Assembly (NCBI GenBank): GCA_964435765.1
Contig: CAYTBC010000001.1
Coordinates: 18,547-82,546 of the forward strand
Length of the DNA stretch: 64,000 nt
Reading direction: 5' to 3'
Source of the DNA: an uncultured Desulfosarcina sp.
GTDB taxonomy: Bacteria > Desulfobacterota > Desulfobacteria > Desulfobacterales > JAFDCJ01
In this document: positions 9,901 through 19,759 of the stretch, piece by piece
Layout of the letters: the number at the start of each line of letters is the position of its first letter
How positions within the stretch are numbered: the stretch's first letter is position 1
The notes under the pieces: generated by a model
The model's database searches: none
Told to the model about the DNA's origin: nothing
The model's input: only the letters and a program-made list of their open reading frames with translations
Made by a program: the position numbers and the translations under genes

Positions 9901-10674
9901 ATGCCACTTTACTTGATCGAAGTTTTCATTTTCATTATGGGTCTTTGCGTCGGAAGTTTCTTAAATGTCTGCATTTACCGCCTGCCGTCTTCACAATCAA
10001 TCGTACACCCCCGATCCAAATGCCCGCAATGCGGCACGCCCATCGCCTTTTACGACAACCTCCCTCTATTGAGCTATTTGTGGCTCAAAGGGCATTGCCG
10101 GCACTGCCGGGTGCGGATCGGCTTGAGATATCCTATCGTAGAATTATTGGGCGGTCTGTTTGCCCTAGCGACCTTTCTTAAATTCGGTCTGACCGTCGAA
10201 GCCCTTATCTATTTCGCTTTTATTGCCAGCCTGCTCGTGATAACCTTCATTGATTTGGATCATCGGATCATACCGGATATCATCACGCTGCCGGGCATAC
10301 CCATCTTTTTTGCAGCCAGTTTTGCCATTCCGACAGTAACCTACCGGGACGCTCTAATAGGTATCCTGGCCGGTGGCGGCAGCTTGTTTCTTGTCGCCTG
10401 GACTTATCATCTGATCACTAAAAAGGAAGGCATGGGCGGGGGCGACATCAAGCTGCTGGCGATGATGGGTGGACTTGTGGCCTGGCAAGGCGTCATTTTC
10501 ACAATTTTTGTATCCTCACTGGTGGGAACCTTGTCGGGTCTGGCGGTCATGCTGCAATCCCGCAAAGGATTGAAGCTGGCTGTTCCCTTCGGCCCGTTTT
10601 TATCCATCGGTTGCATCACCTATATTTTTTTTGGAGCCCAGCTGATCCGGTGGTATTTATTTCTGCTGCGATAA
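9901..10674 (+). CDS. pilD: Prepilin peptidase/N-methyltransferase (A24)
   Basis: GSFLNVCIYRLP, two CxxC, MGGGDIKL, PFGPFL. Confidence 0.95.
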   Translation: MPLYLIEVFIFIMGLCVGSFLNVCIYRLPSSQSIVHPRSKCPQCGTPIAFYDNLPLLSYLWLKGHCRHCRVRIGLRYPIVELLGGLFALATFLKFGLTVEALIYFAFIASLLVITFIDLDHRIIPDIITLPGIPIFFAASFAIPTVTYRDALIGILAGGGSLFLVAWTYHLITKKEGMGGGDIKLLAMMGGLVAWQGVIFTIFVSSLVGTLSGLAVMLQSRKGLKLAVPFGPFLSIGCITYIFFGAQLIRWYLFLLR

Positions 10675-10777
10675 AGACCTAATTTGCGAAATTGGAGATT
10701 GAGGGATTCAGGATATTGGGCCGGGAACAGCGGCCTTTTCACTGGCCAACGCCACCATCCTGAGTCAGAAGCCTGTT

Positions 10778-11503
10778 ATGAAACTTGCCATTATTTCTGA
10801 TATTCACGGTAACTTCGACGCCTTCCAGCAGGTTCTGGAGGATATTGACAGATTGCGGGTTGATGCGGTGGTCAGCCTGGGAGACAATGTTGGGTATGGC
10901 CCCGAACCGGATCGCGTAGTCAGGCATATTCTGGCAAGGGAAATACCGTCGGTTTTAGGAAATCATGAATTAGCGCTAAAGGAGGCCGGATATTTAGACT
11001 GGTTCAACCCCTCCGCGCGCAAATCGCTGCTGAAAACACGAAGCCTGCTCACTAAAGCATCCAGGGATTTTGTCACTCAACTTGAACCATGCCTTACATC
11101 CTATGGATGTCGCTTTGTCCATGGGTTTCCGCCGGACTCTGCCCTGATTTACATGTTCCAGGTTTCAGACAGCCGCAAAGCCCAGGTTTTGGAAGCGGCT
11201 GCCGAAAGGCTTTGCTTTATCGGCCACACCCACAGCCTGGAGATCATCAGCTATGACGGCCAACAAATGGAATCTGCCGAACTCGCCAAGGGGTTAATCC
11301 ATCTGGATCGGAATAAAAAATATATCATCAATATCGGCAGTGTCGGTCAACCCCGGGATGCCACCAACGACGCCAAATACGTCATTTGGGATTCTGCGGC
11401 CGACACCATCGAGGTAAGATTCATACCCTACGACATCGCCGCGGTCGTTCAAAAAATTCGGGACGCCGGCCTTCCCGAAGAGCACGCCCAGCGGCTCTGG
11501 TAA
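10778..11503 (+). CDS. Calcineurin-like metallophosphoesterase
   Basis: SDIHGN, GDNVGYG, GNHE, HG, GHTH, GSVGQPRD. Confidence 0.92.
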   Translation: MKLAIISDIHGNFDAFQQVLEDIDRLRVDAVVSLGDNVGYGPEPDRVVRHILAREIPSVLGNHELALKEAGYLDWFNPSARKSLLKTRSLLTKASRDFVTQLEPCLTSYGCRFVHGFPPDSALIYMFQVSDSRKAQVLEAAAERLCFIGHTHSLEIISYDGQQMESAELAKGLIHLDRNKKYIINIGSVGQPRDATNDAKYVIWDSAADTIEVRFIPYDIAAVVQKIRDAGLPEEHAQRLW

Positions 11504-11507
11504 TTAA

Positions 11508-12053
11508 TTAGGATTTAGATTCTCTTGCAATTTCAAACCCCAGATCCAGCGCCGCGCGGTTGATTTCTAGAAAATCGGCCGGAATTCTATTTTCAAGAAC
11601 CTTCATAATGGACTCGGGAGCTATCAGATTCGTCAGTTCGAGCACCGCCCCCAGCATGCAGATGTTAAACACAATGGGTTTTCCAATCTTGTCCATGACG
11701 CTCTGAAACATGGGCAGCGCTTTTTGCTGAGCATCGACTTTTTTATTGGTTTCCACATACCGCGTGTCGGTCAACAGCAGCCCCCCCGGTCGAATTATCT
11801 GGTAAAATTTATTATAGGCATCCTGGGTCAGGCAAACCAGAACATTGGGCTGAATCACTTTAGGATAATCGATGTTGGATTCGGAAATTATGACATCAGA
11901 GCGGGTTGCGCCGCCGCGGGCTTCAGGTCCGTAGGACTGAGACTGCACTGCATTCAAGTTTTCATATATCACGGCCGCTTCGGCAAGAATAATGGTGGCT
12001 GTGATTACGCCCTGCCCCCCCGAACCTGAAAACACCATCCGGCATCTTTCCAT
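11508..12053 (-). CDS. korC: 2-oxoacid:ferredoxin oxidoreductase gamma subunit
   Basis: GSGGQG, YGPEARGG; last gene of the delta-alpha-beta-gamma operon. Confidence 0.9.
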   Translation of the reverse strand: MERCRMVFSGSGGQGVITATIILAEAAVIYENLNAVQSQSYGPEARGGATRSDVIISESNIDYPKVIQPNVLVCLTQDAYNKFYQIIRPGGLLLTDTRYVETNKKVDAQQKALPMFQSVMDKIGKPIVFNICMLGAVLELTNLIAPESIMKVLENRIPADFLEINRAALDLGFEIARESKS

Positions 12054-12128
12054 GTTTATGATCCCTCTGTCTTTTAGGCCCTGAGGGCCGTGTTCGAATT
12101 CCTGACGGTCAAAATCCTTTGCGACCTT

Positions 12129-12935
12129 TTATTTCCGGCTCGCCAGCGCTCTGGCGATGATCTTGTCGTATTCACTGCAATATTCAGGTCTTTCTGACTG
12201 CACAAAAATACCGCGTTCTATCAGCGCCGGATTTTCCTCTTTGGCTTTGGATCCAATGGGCGTCGTATTGTCTTTAAACCATTTGACCATATCGACGGCA
12301 TCACCGGCTTTGTTCTTGCGTCCGAAATAAGTCGGACATTGGCTTAAAACCTCCACTACCGAAAATCCGTCGTGCAGGACCGCTTTGGCAATAATATCGG
12401 CCATCTGTTGGACATGATAAGTGGTGGTCCGGGCGACAAAGGTCGCACCGGCGGCCTTGGCAAGCTCCACGACATCGAAGCTGTAATCGATGTTGTCATA
12501 AGGTGCGGTTGTTGCCCGGATGCCGAATCCTGAAAGGGGTGAAAACTGCCCCCCCGTCATTCCGTAAATCCGATTGTTCATCACAATTGCGGTGATGGCA
12601 ATATTTCGCCGGGCGGCATGAATAAAATGGTTGCCGCCGATGGCCAGCGCATCGCCGTCTCCCATGGGAACAATGAGATTCAGCTCGGGACGGCTCATCT
12701 TTACGCCGGTCGCAAAGGCCAGTGCCCGTCCGTGGATGGTGTGCAGCGTATGAAAATCGACATAACCGCTGATTCTGGCCGAACAACCGATACCGGATAT
12801 CATCACAATTTCATTCTTGCTCAACCCCAGCTTTTCGACGGCCTGCAGCAGGCCGTTTAGGACCATACCGTGGCCGCAGCCGGGGCACCACAGGTGGGGA
12901 AAAAATCGTTCCCTCAGGTAATCTTTAACTGCCAT
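12129..12935 (-). CDS. korB: 2-oxoacid:ferredoxin oxidoreductase beta subunit
   Basis: WCPGCG, GIGCS, GDGD..N TPP motif, YGMTGGQ. Confidence 0.92.
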   Translation of the reverse strand: MAVKDYLRERFFPHLWCPGCGHGMVLNGLLQAVEKLGLSKNEIVMISGIGCSARISGYVDFHTLHTIHGRALAFATGVKMSRPELNLIVPMGDGDALAIGGNHFIHAARRNIAITAIVMNNRIYGMTGGQFSPLSGFGIRATTAPYDNIDYSFDVVELAKAAGATFVARTTTYHVQQMADIIAKAVLHDGFSVVEVLSQCPTYFGRKNKAGDAVDMVKWFKDNTTPIGSKAKEENPALIERGIFVQSERPEYCSEYDKIIARALASRK

Positions 12936-12938
12936 GCC

Positions 12939-14087
12939 TTAGACCCCCTTTCCCTGGATTAATCGCAGAAGATTCAGGATTTCCTCCGGGGTAATAAACT
13001 CACCGTCAATACGATTGGCAAGAAAAACCTTATGCGGCTCGTCCACTGCCATTTTCACCTCGCGAAGAATTTGGCCCATATTCAGTTCCACGACGACCAC
13101 CGACCTGGCACACGCGCATTTTTCCCGCACAATGTCTTCCGGAAAAGGCCACAGCGTCTGCAGTTCAAGCAGTCCGAGTTTTTCTCCCCGCATGCGTCGG
13201 TCCTCCACTACATGTCGGGCCGAGCGTGCCGCCGAACCGTAGGAAATCAACAAATGCTCTGCATCTTCCAGGTAATATTCCTTGTAGCGGGCGATAATAT
13301 TGGTTCGGTTTTCGATTTTATCCACTAAATGGCGCAGCAATCCGTGCACCACCCTTGGTTCGCTGGAAGGAAACCCCCACATATCGTGAAATAGACCGGT
13401 GACATTGTAGCGGTGAACACCGCCGAAATCGGACATGGGCAGACGACCGTCCTCCCGGGGCAGATAGGGATGATAGTCCACGCCCTCCTTGACGGAAGTT
13501 CTGAGCCGCTCCACCAATGGCACGACGCCGGGCTCCGGAACAGCCAGCCGCTCACGCATATGGGCCACCACCTCATCAAATAAGAGGATGACCGGTGTGC
13601 GATAAGTTTCAGCCAGGTTGAACGCCTCCACTGTGACTGCAAAGACATCCTGATGGTTGGAAGCCGTCATTGCAATGATGGCATGATCACCGTGGGTTCC
13701 CCAGCGGGCCTGGTTAATGTCCCCCTGGCTGCCGTGGGTCGGGATCCCGGTGGAGGGGCCGCCGCGCTGCACATCAACGATCACACAGGGAATTTCGGCC
13801 ATCACCGCATATCCGAGGGCTTCCTGCATCAATGAAAAGCCGGGACCACTGGTGGCCGTCATGACTTTGCGGCCGGTGAGCGAAGCACCGATAACGGCGC
13901 ACAGCGATGCGATTTCATCTTCCATCTGAATAAATTTGCCGCCGGATTCCGGAAGCCGGTAAGACAGCAATTCGGCAATCTCCGTGGAAGGGGTAATCGG
14001 ATATCCGGCATAAAAGTCAAGTCCTGCATACAGAGCGCCTTCGACGCAGGCCTCATTGCCTTGAACAAATTTTATGGTGTCGCCCAT
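12939..14087 (-). CDS. korA: 2-oxoacid:ferredoxin oxidoreductase alpha subunit
   Basis: GYPITPS, QMEDE, TSGPG, QRGGPSTG. Confidence 0.92.
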   Translation of the reverse strand: MGDTIKFVQGNEACVEGALYAGLDFYAGYPITPSTEIAELLSYRLPESGGKFIQMEDEIASLCAVIGASLTGRKVMTATSGPGFSLMQEALGYAVMAEIPCVIVDVQRGGPSTGIPTHGSQGDINQARWGTHGDHAIIAMTASNHQDVFAVTVEAFNLAETYRTPVILLFDEVVAHMRERLAVPEPGVVPLVERLRTSVKEGVDYHPYLPREDGRLPMSDFGGVHRYNVTGLFHDMWGFPSSEPRVVHGLLRHLVDKIENRTNIIARYKEYYLEDAEHLLISYGSAARSARHVVEDRRMRGEKLGLLELQTLWPFPEDIVREKCACARSVVVVELNMGQILREVKMAVDEPHKVFLANRIDGEFITPEEILNLLRLIQGKGV

Positions 14088-14096
14088 CTTATCACC

Positions 14097-14303
14097 CTAT
14101 TTTTCTATTTCTATTTCGATGGCTAAATCCGGGCAGCGCAGTTCGCAAAGCCGGCAACAGATGCAGTCTTGCGACCGCGCCACCGCAACCTTGTCCTGCG
14201 GGTCCAGTTCCAGAACTTTTTTCGGACACAGTTCCACACAGATGCCGCAGCCCTTGCACCAATCCCGATTAATATGGTGTTGCTTTAACTTAGGTTTTCC
14301 CAT
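14097..14303 (-). CDS. korD: 2x[4Fe-4S] delta subunit
   Basis: CKGCGICVELCP and CICCRLCELRCP. Confidence 0.9.
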   Translation of the reverse strand: MGKPKLKQHHINRDWCKGCGICVELCPKKVLELDPQDKVAVARSQDCICCRLCELRCPDLAIEIEIEK

Positions 14304-14407
14304 TGAGTATACCTCTGGTCAGGAAAATAAATCCATGGCTGATGGAAATTTATCCAGAATCTGTAACGCTCGGTCGGGTTTGTGATCAACAAACCGACAG
14401 GACTTTA

Positions 14408-14436
14408 AAACTATTCGTTTACTAAAGTATTGTCAA
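14408..14436 (-). promoter_or_regulatory. Putative sigma70 promoter of the kor operon
   Basis: TTGACA-N17-TAGTTT on the minus strand. Confidence 0.55.
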
Positions 14437-14551
14437 GGAAAACACGGCAGAATGCAGCACCCGGTATTTGACAAGTGGCCGCACTTTTTATTATGCTATA
14501 AATGTGACTTAAATTTTTCAGACGCTTGATTCGAGAGGAGCAGAATTCGTA

Positions 14552-15562
14552 TTGAAAAAAAAGCTGCTATGGGTCCTACTTCCGCTTTTCCTGGTATTTT
14601 GCACTGCATTCGGATTCATTATCAAACTTACCATCTATGCCGATACACCTGCCCAAATCGACGGGGCCAAGGATGTCGTCATCAACATGGCACAAGGCCA
14701 GTCCTTGAAAACCACGGCCGATCTGCTCCACGAAGAGCGTATTATCAAAAATCCTTTCATGCTGCTTTTGATTGCCCGCATTAAAGGCTATGACAAACGT
14801 CTTAAGGCCGGGGAATATCTCCTCTCAGCGGCCATGTCGCCGCGGCAAATATTGGAAATAATGGTCAAAGGGCAAGTCCGGCTTCACAAGCTCACGGTCC
14901 CGGAAGGCTATAGCATATACCAGATAGCAGACCTGGTGGCCGAGGCCGGATTCGCCTCGAGAACCACATTCATTAAAGCGGCCACCGAAGCCGACCTGGC
15001 GCGCTCAATGGGCATCGAAGCGGACACCGTTGAGGGATATCTGTTTCCGGAGACTTATTTTTTTCCTAAAGGCGTCAGTGTCGAAAAAATTATTGCAACC
15101 ATGGTGCAGCGCTTTTGGTCCATCTTCACACCCCAATGGCGGGAGCGGGCCAAAAGTATTGGATTTACCGTACAGCAGATCGTCACATTGGCATCCATCA
15201 TTGAAAAGGAAACCGGAGCGTCTTTTGAAAGACCGCTCATTTCCTCTGTTTTTAACAATCGTTTAAAAAAGCAAATGCGATTGGAATCGGACCCGACCGT
15301 GATTTACGGCATAAAAAATTTCAACGGCAATTTGACCCGCCAAGACCTGCAGACTCCAACTCCCTATAATACTTACAAGATCAAGGGGCTTCCGGCCGGC
15401 CCGATTGCCAATCCCGGCCGCGCCTCGCTGCAGGCAGCCCTCTACCCCGAGGATACCAACTATATTTATTTTGTTTCCAAAAAAGACAGCACCCACTATT
15501 TCTCAACCAATCTGAAAGACCACAACCGTGCCGTCAAAAAATATCAGCTGGGCAGAAAATAA
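14552..15562 (+). CDS. mltG: Endolytic transglycosylase MltG
   Basis: N-terminal TM, VPEGY, EGYLFPETY, LASIIEKET, PYNTY, GLPAGPIANPG. Confidence 0.96.
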   Translation: MKKKLLWVLLPLFLVFCTAFGFIIKLTIYADTPAQIDGAKDVVINMAQGQSLKTTADLLHEERIIKNPFMLLLIARIKGYDKRLKAGEYLLSAAMSPRQILEIMVKGQVRLHKLTVPEGYSIYQIADLVAEAGFASRTTFIKAATEADLARSMGIEADTVEGYLFPETYFFPKGVSVEKIIATMVQRFWSIFTPQWRERAKSIGFTVQQIVTLASIIEKETGASFERPLISSVFNNRLKKQMRLESDPTVIYGIKNFNGNLTRQDLQTPTPYNTYKIKGLPAGPIANPGRASLQAALYPEDTNYIYFVSKKDSTHYFSTNLKDHNRAVKKYQLGRK

Positions 15563-15573
15563 GGCAATACAAC

Positions 15574-15667
15574 AGGACTGAGTAACGAGGACTGAGGACT
15601 GAAGACTAAGTTCAAGATAAGGTTGGCGATGAAAACAGCGCCACGCTCAGTCCTCAGCACTCATCAC
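15574..15667. repeat. Intergenic repeat, copy 2 (inverted relative to copies 1 and 3)
   Basis: aggactgagtaacgaggactgaggactga ... tcagtcctcagcactcatc. Confidence 0.85.
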
Positions 15668-15808
15668 TTTTTCAATTAAACTGAGCACAGCGAAACCACC
15701 CTTCGACATTCGCTACTCGAAATGCGACATAACGCTTGACTCCGGTCGATACCACCCTTAAGTTACTCTCAAAACGCAATGTAAAACCTGCAATTTTTGG
15801 AGTGCATC

Positions 15809-16048
15809 ATGGTGGAATCAGCCAGAAAAAGACAGACCTTCATTATAGATCTTGAAAGACTCAACACCCTCAATGCCGAAGGGTGTGCAGCCTGCGGCCG
15901 CAAATTCAACCTGGGAGAAATGGTTGTCAAAGCTTGCGGAGCCTGGGAAGGCCCCCCGAAACTGATTCATGAAAATGAAGCCGTGTGGGATGCAGCATCG
16001 GCTGCCTTTATTGAGCGACGTTGCTACGAATCCCGTAAAGAGGGATAA
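15809..16048 (+). CDS. Small Cys-containing hypothetical protein
   Basis: GGAG RBS before ATG 15809; CAAC..C..H..C; TTGACT-N17-TAAGTT upstream and a terminator downstream. Confidence 0.75.
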   Translation: MVESARKRQTFIIDLERLNTLNAEGCAACGRKFNLGEMVVKACGAWEGPPKLIHENEAVWDAASAAFIERRCYESRKEG

Positions 16049-16145
16049 AGTGCCCCGCCCGACTTTCCTGCTGCCCGTCGATTTTCAGTGACGGCTCAAC
16101 CGGACGGGATCGAACCGGGTCAATGATTTTTATCTTGTTCCCGCG

Positions 16146-16185
16146 AAAAAGAGCAGAGTCAAATCAGACTCTGCTCTTTTTTTTT
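16146..16185 (+). terminator. Intrinsic terminator
   Basis: gagcagagtc/gactctgctc stem followed by a T run. Confidence 0.85.
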
Positions 16186-16204
16186 GCAAAATATCATTTC
16201 CTTA

Positions 16205-16232
16205 TCAAGTTTAACCCCAGATGAGCCGATAA
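16205..16232 (+). promoter_or_regulatory. Putative sigma28 (FliA) promoter of the GGDEF-EAL gene
   Basis: TCAAG-N15-GCCGATAA, same form as the sites at 39806 and 51906. Confidence 0.7.
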
Positions 16233-16329
16233 AGCCTTTACATGCTGCCATGCAAAGTTAATCCCGTCAATTTCAGATTCAAAATTCCATGACATGAACG
16301 CGGTCGCATCGAAATTTTAAAGGTTTTCA

Positions 16330-18312
16330 ATGGCCAATAACAATGCAGCTAAATCACTGGATAAGATCAGCCTGATCATTATCGGCAGCGGCGCATCGCT
16401 ATTTTACTATTACCTCGAAAAATCGATGGACGCCGATCAAAGTCTGGGCAGCCTTGTCACCATCGCAATGATTTTGCTAATCAGCATTTTTACCCAGTTG
16501 CTGATCAACAATATTAATCGTTCGAGACAGGCGCTGCGCGAATCAAACGAAACCTTGGAGCAGAAAGTCGTCGAACGCACCACGGAACTGCGCGAATCCG
16601 AGATTAAATATCGTACCATCTTTGAAAACACGGGAGCGGCAACCATTATCCTTGAAAAGGATATGACAATTTCACTTGCTAATTCCGTATTTGTGGGTTT
16701 TTCCGGATTCAGCCGCGAAGAAATTGAATTTAAAAAATCTTTTTTTGATTTTCTTGATGATGGCAGCCACCGCATGATCCTGGATAGTGAGGGGTTTTTG
16801 TGCACAGACCAAAACCTTGAATGCAAATTTCTCAACAAAGAAAGCAAACTCAAAGATATTCTAATTTCCATTGCGCCTATTCCCGGAACGGATAAAAGCG
16901 TTGCCTCCTTGACCGATATTTCCAATCTCAAGGAAGCCGAACGCCAAATCTCACATCAAGCCTTCCACGACACCTTGACAAATTTGCCCAACCGAGCCTT
17001 GTTCGTGGAACATCTGAACATGGCGATCAAACGCAAAAAACGCCGGAATGATTACCATTTTGCTGTTCTGTATCTGGACATCGATCGTTTTAAACTGGTC
17101 AACGACAGTCTCGGTCACAGCGTGGGGGATAATCTTCTAATTGCATTTGCCGACCGGATCCAGGATTCACTGCGCGACATCGATACCCTGGCACGTTTGG
17201 GGGGAGACGAATTTGTCATCTTGCTGGAAGACATTGAGGAAGGCAATTATGCCAGCCGGGTGGCCGAAAGGCTGCAACAGGAACTCAAGCGCCCCTTTAT
17301 GGTCAATGGCAAGGAAGTATTCGCGCCATCAAGTTTTGGAGTGGTTGAAAACACCGAAGACTATGAATTTCCCGTGGACATCATTCGAGATGCCGACTCC
17401 GCCATGTATCATGCCAAGGAAAAAGGCCGGGCGCAATATAAAGTCTTTGACAAAAAATTACATGAAAAAGCCCTGCACCTGCTTCAACGGGAAACCGATT
17501 TGCGAAAGGCGATCCACAAAAAAGAATTTGAGACCCACTATCAACCGATCGTGTCCCTGAAATCGAGGTCGGTGGTCGGATTCGAAGCCCTGATCCGCTG
17601 GAACCACCCCCAGCTGGGCCTGATTTATCCCGGCTCTTTTATCTCAATTGCCGAGGAAACGGGGCTGATCATCCCGATTACGCGGCTGATCGTTGAAGAA
17701 GCCTGCCGTGATCTTAAAACCTGGCAGGAGCGGGTCAAACATCTTCAAAAATTAACCATGAGTATCAACATATCCAGCAAACATTTTCTACAACCCGGCC
17801 TGCTGACGGACATCAAGGAAGTTTTGGCCAAAATCGACTTGCCGCCCGACCACTTGAAGTTGGAGATCACCGAGACGGCTTTAATGGAAGATGTTGAGGA
17901 GACCGTGCGGTTGGCTCACCGCATGCGGGACTACGGCCTCCAAATCGTCATTGATGATTTCGGCACCGGTTATTCTTCCTTGAGCTATTTGCAGCGGTTA
18001 CCCATTGACACCCTCAAAGTGGACCGCAGTTTCGTGTCGCGCATTCAAAACGCGCCGGACGGCAATCGCAATATCGTTGAGGCCATTATCTCTCTGGCCC
18101 ATCGGCTCGACATGATCGTTGTGGCAGAGGGCGTGGAAACGCTTGAACAATACACCATTCTGTTGGACATGCAATGTCAATACGGCCAAGGCTATCTGTT
18201 CTCCAAACCGCTTCCTAAACCAAAGATTGATGAGCTCATTGAAGAAATGCTTAATTTTTCCGAGCAAAACCCGGGGCAGCATTACCCTTTGACCAAAGTA
18301 TTTTCAAACTAG
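16330..18312 (+). CDS. Membrane-anchored PAS-GGDEF-EAL diguanylate cyclase/phosphodiesterase
   Basis: Two TM helices, coiled coil, PAS, RDID I-site plus GGDEF, EAL and DDFGTGYSS. Confidence 0.93.
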   Translation: MANNNAAKSLDKISLIIIGSGASLFYYYLEKSMDADQSLGSLVTIAMILLISIFTQLLINNINRSRQALRESNETLEQKVVERTTELRESEIKYRTIFENTGAATIILEKDMTISLANSVFVGFSGFSREEIEFKKSFFDFLDDGSHRMILDSEGFLCTDQNLECKFLNKESKLKDILISIAPIPGTDKSVASLTDISNLKEAERQISHQAFHDTLTNLPNRALFVEHLNMAIKRKKRRNDYHFAVLYLDIDRFKLVNDSLGHSVGDNLLIAFADRIQDSLRDIDTLARLGGDEFVILLEDIEEGNYASRVAERLQQELKRPFMVNGKEVFAPSSFGVVENTEDYEFPVDIIRDADSAMYHAKEKGRAQYKVFDKKLHEKALHLLQRETDLRKAIHKKEFETHYQPIVSLKSRSVVGFEALIRWNHPQLGLIYPGSFISIAEETGLIIPITRLIVEEACRDLKTWQERVKHLQKLTMSINISSKHFLQPGLLTDIKEVLAKIDLPPDHLKLEITETALMEDVEETVRLAHRMRDYGLQIVIDDFGTGYSSLSYLQRLPIDTLKVDRSFVSRIQNAPDGNRNIVEAIISLAHRLDMIVVAEGVETLEQYTILLDMQCQYGQGYLFSKPLPKPKIDELIEEMLNFSEQNPGQHYPLTKVFSN

Positions 18313-18621
18313 CAATACACAGCGCCGTAATTCATTGCATCCTGGCCTTTTTTCTCTTGGATTCAAAAACGGTCCATAGGGTTTAAACGGCTCTACGCTG
18401 TGTATGTTAACACAATGATTTATATTCACTGCGTTCTGGTAATTTACCCAATTGCCTGATATTAAGCGGAGCCATGGAGCTTGGGATGCTGGCGTACCGG
18501 ATTATTTCCATCACTCCAGTTCCAAGACTGCCGGAACCCGGCTAAACGTTTATTTCATTATTCTAAGATGGATAGAGCATTTTTGTTCCATTATTTGGGA
18601 CACGCATGATCAGAGGAGACT

Positions 18622-19629
18622 ATGGAGACAACGGGCTTTTCCATTGAACAGTTAGCCGGGCAGCGACTGATGGTCGGCTTTGACGGAATCGGTCTGAATG
18701 CAGATCTCAAGTTTTTGATTGCGCATGTCAAAGCGGGCGGAATTATTCTTTTTGCGCGCAACCTGCAGACACCGGATCAGATCAAAGATTTATGCCTTGC
18801 GGTCCAGGATTATGCCCGCGGATGCGGGCAGCCGCCGCTGTTTATTGCCATTGATCAGGAAGGCGGCCAGGTCGCGAGGCTCAAGGATCCTTTTACCCAA
18901 TTCCCCGGCAACCCGCACATGAAGAATCACGCAGATGCGGTGCAATTTGCAGAGGTGACGGCTGCTGAACTTAAACAGGTGGGGGTCAATATGAACATGG
19001 CGCCCGTCATGGATGTAGCGCCACCGGATTTTAAAAGCATCATGGCCGAACGGGCTTTCGGCGGTGATCCGGCCTGGGTTTCCCGCCTGGGGGTAAAAGT
19101 CATCGAGCATCTGCAGCGCAATCACATCATGGCCGTCGCCAAGCATTTTCCCGGTATCGGCCGGACCATTTTAGACTCCCATCTGGATTTACCGGTTCTC
19201 GAAGACGACATCTCCGCCCTAACACGCTTCGATCTCATCCCCTTTGCGGCCAGCATTCAACAGAATGTATCCGGCATGATGCTCTCGCATGTCTTTTATC
19301 CTAAACTCGATCCCCAATGGCCGGCCAGTTTGTCCCGCAAGATTGCGCACGATTTATTGCGGATAAAAATGGGGTTTGGCGGCCTGGTGATGACCGACGA
19401 TCTTGACATGGGCGCCGTAGCCAAACATTTTGACATTCAAACCGCAATTCGTCAGATACTTGCGGCGGATATAGATCTGGCTCTCATATGTCATCAAGGA
19501 CCGAGCATAGAAATCGCCTTTGAGGAGATTTTAAGGACCTTGAAGGATTCACGGGACATGAAGACCAGAGGCATCGAATCGGCCACAAAAATTATGGGGA
19601 TGAAAAGAAAGTACAAATTAGAAATATAA
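18622..19629 (+). CDS. nagZ: Beta-N-acetylhexosaminidase (GH3)
   Basis: IDQEGG, KHFPG..DSH, TDDLDM. Confidence 0.94.
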   Translation: METTGFSIEQLAGQRLMVGFDGIGLNADLKFLIAHVKAGGIILFARNLQTPDQIKDLCLAVQDYARGCGQPPLFIAIDQEGGQVARLKDPFTQFPGNPHMKNHADAVQFAEVTAAELKQVGVNMNMAPVMDVAPPDFKSIMAERAFGGDPAWVSRLGVKVIEHLQRNHIMAVAKHFPGIGRTILDSHLDLPVLEDDISALTRFDLIPFAASIQQNVSGMMLSHVFYPKLDPQWPASLSRKIAHDLLRIKMGFGGLVMTDDLDMGAVAKHFDIQTAIRQILAADIDLALICHQGPSIEIAFEEILRTLKDSRDMKTRGIESATKIMGMKRKYKLEI

Positions 19630-19759
19630 AAAAATCAAATATATGCGCAGCATACAGTAATTAAGCCGCCGGCGCTAAAATTTAACATGCTGCTCCAGCT
19701 TTCAAAAAAAATCTGCAACTCCGGGTATGCTGTTTCTCAGGGCGGATTAATTAGCAATG

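Noticed and set aside
15574-15667. Possible CRISPR array (repeat-spacer-repeat look)
   Set aside because: Arms are inverted and made of 7-nt units, there is one spacer per locus, and no cas genes are present.
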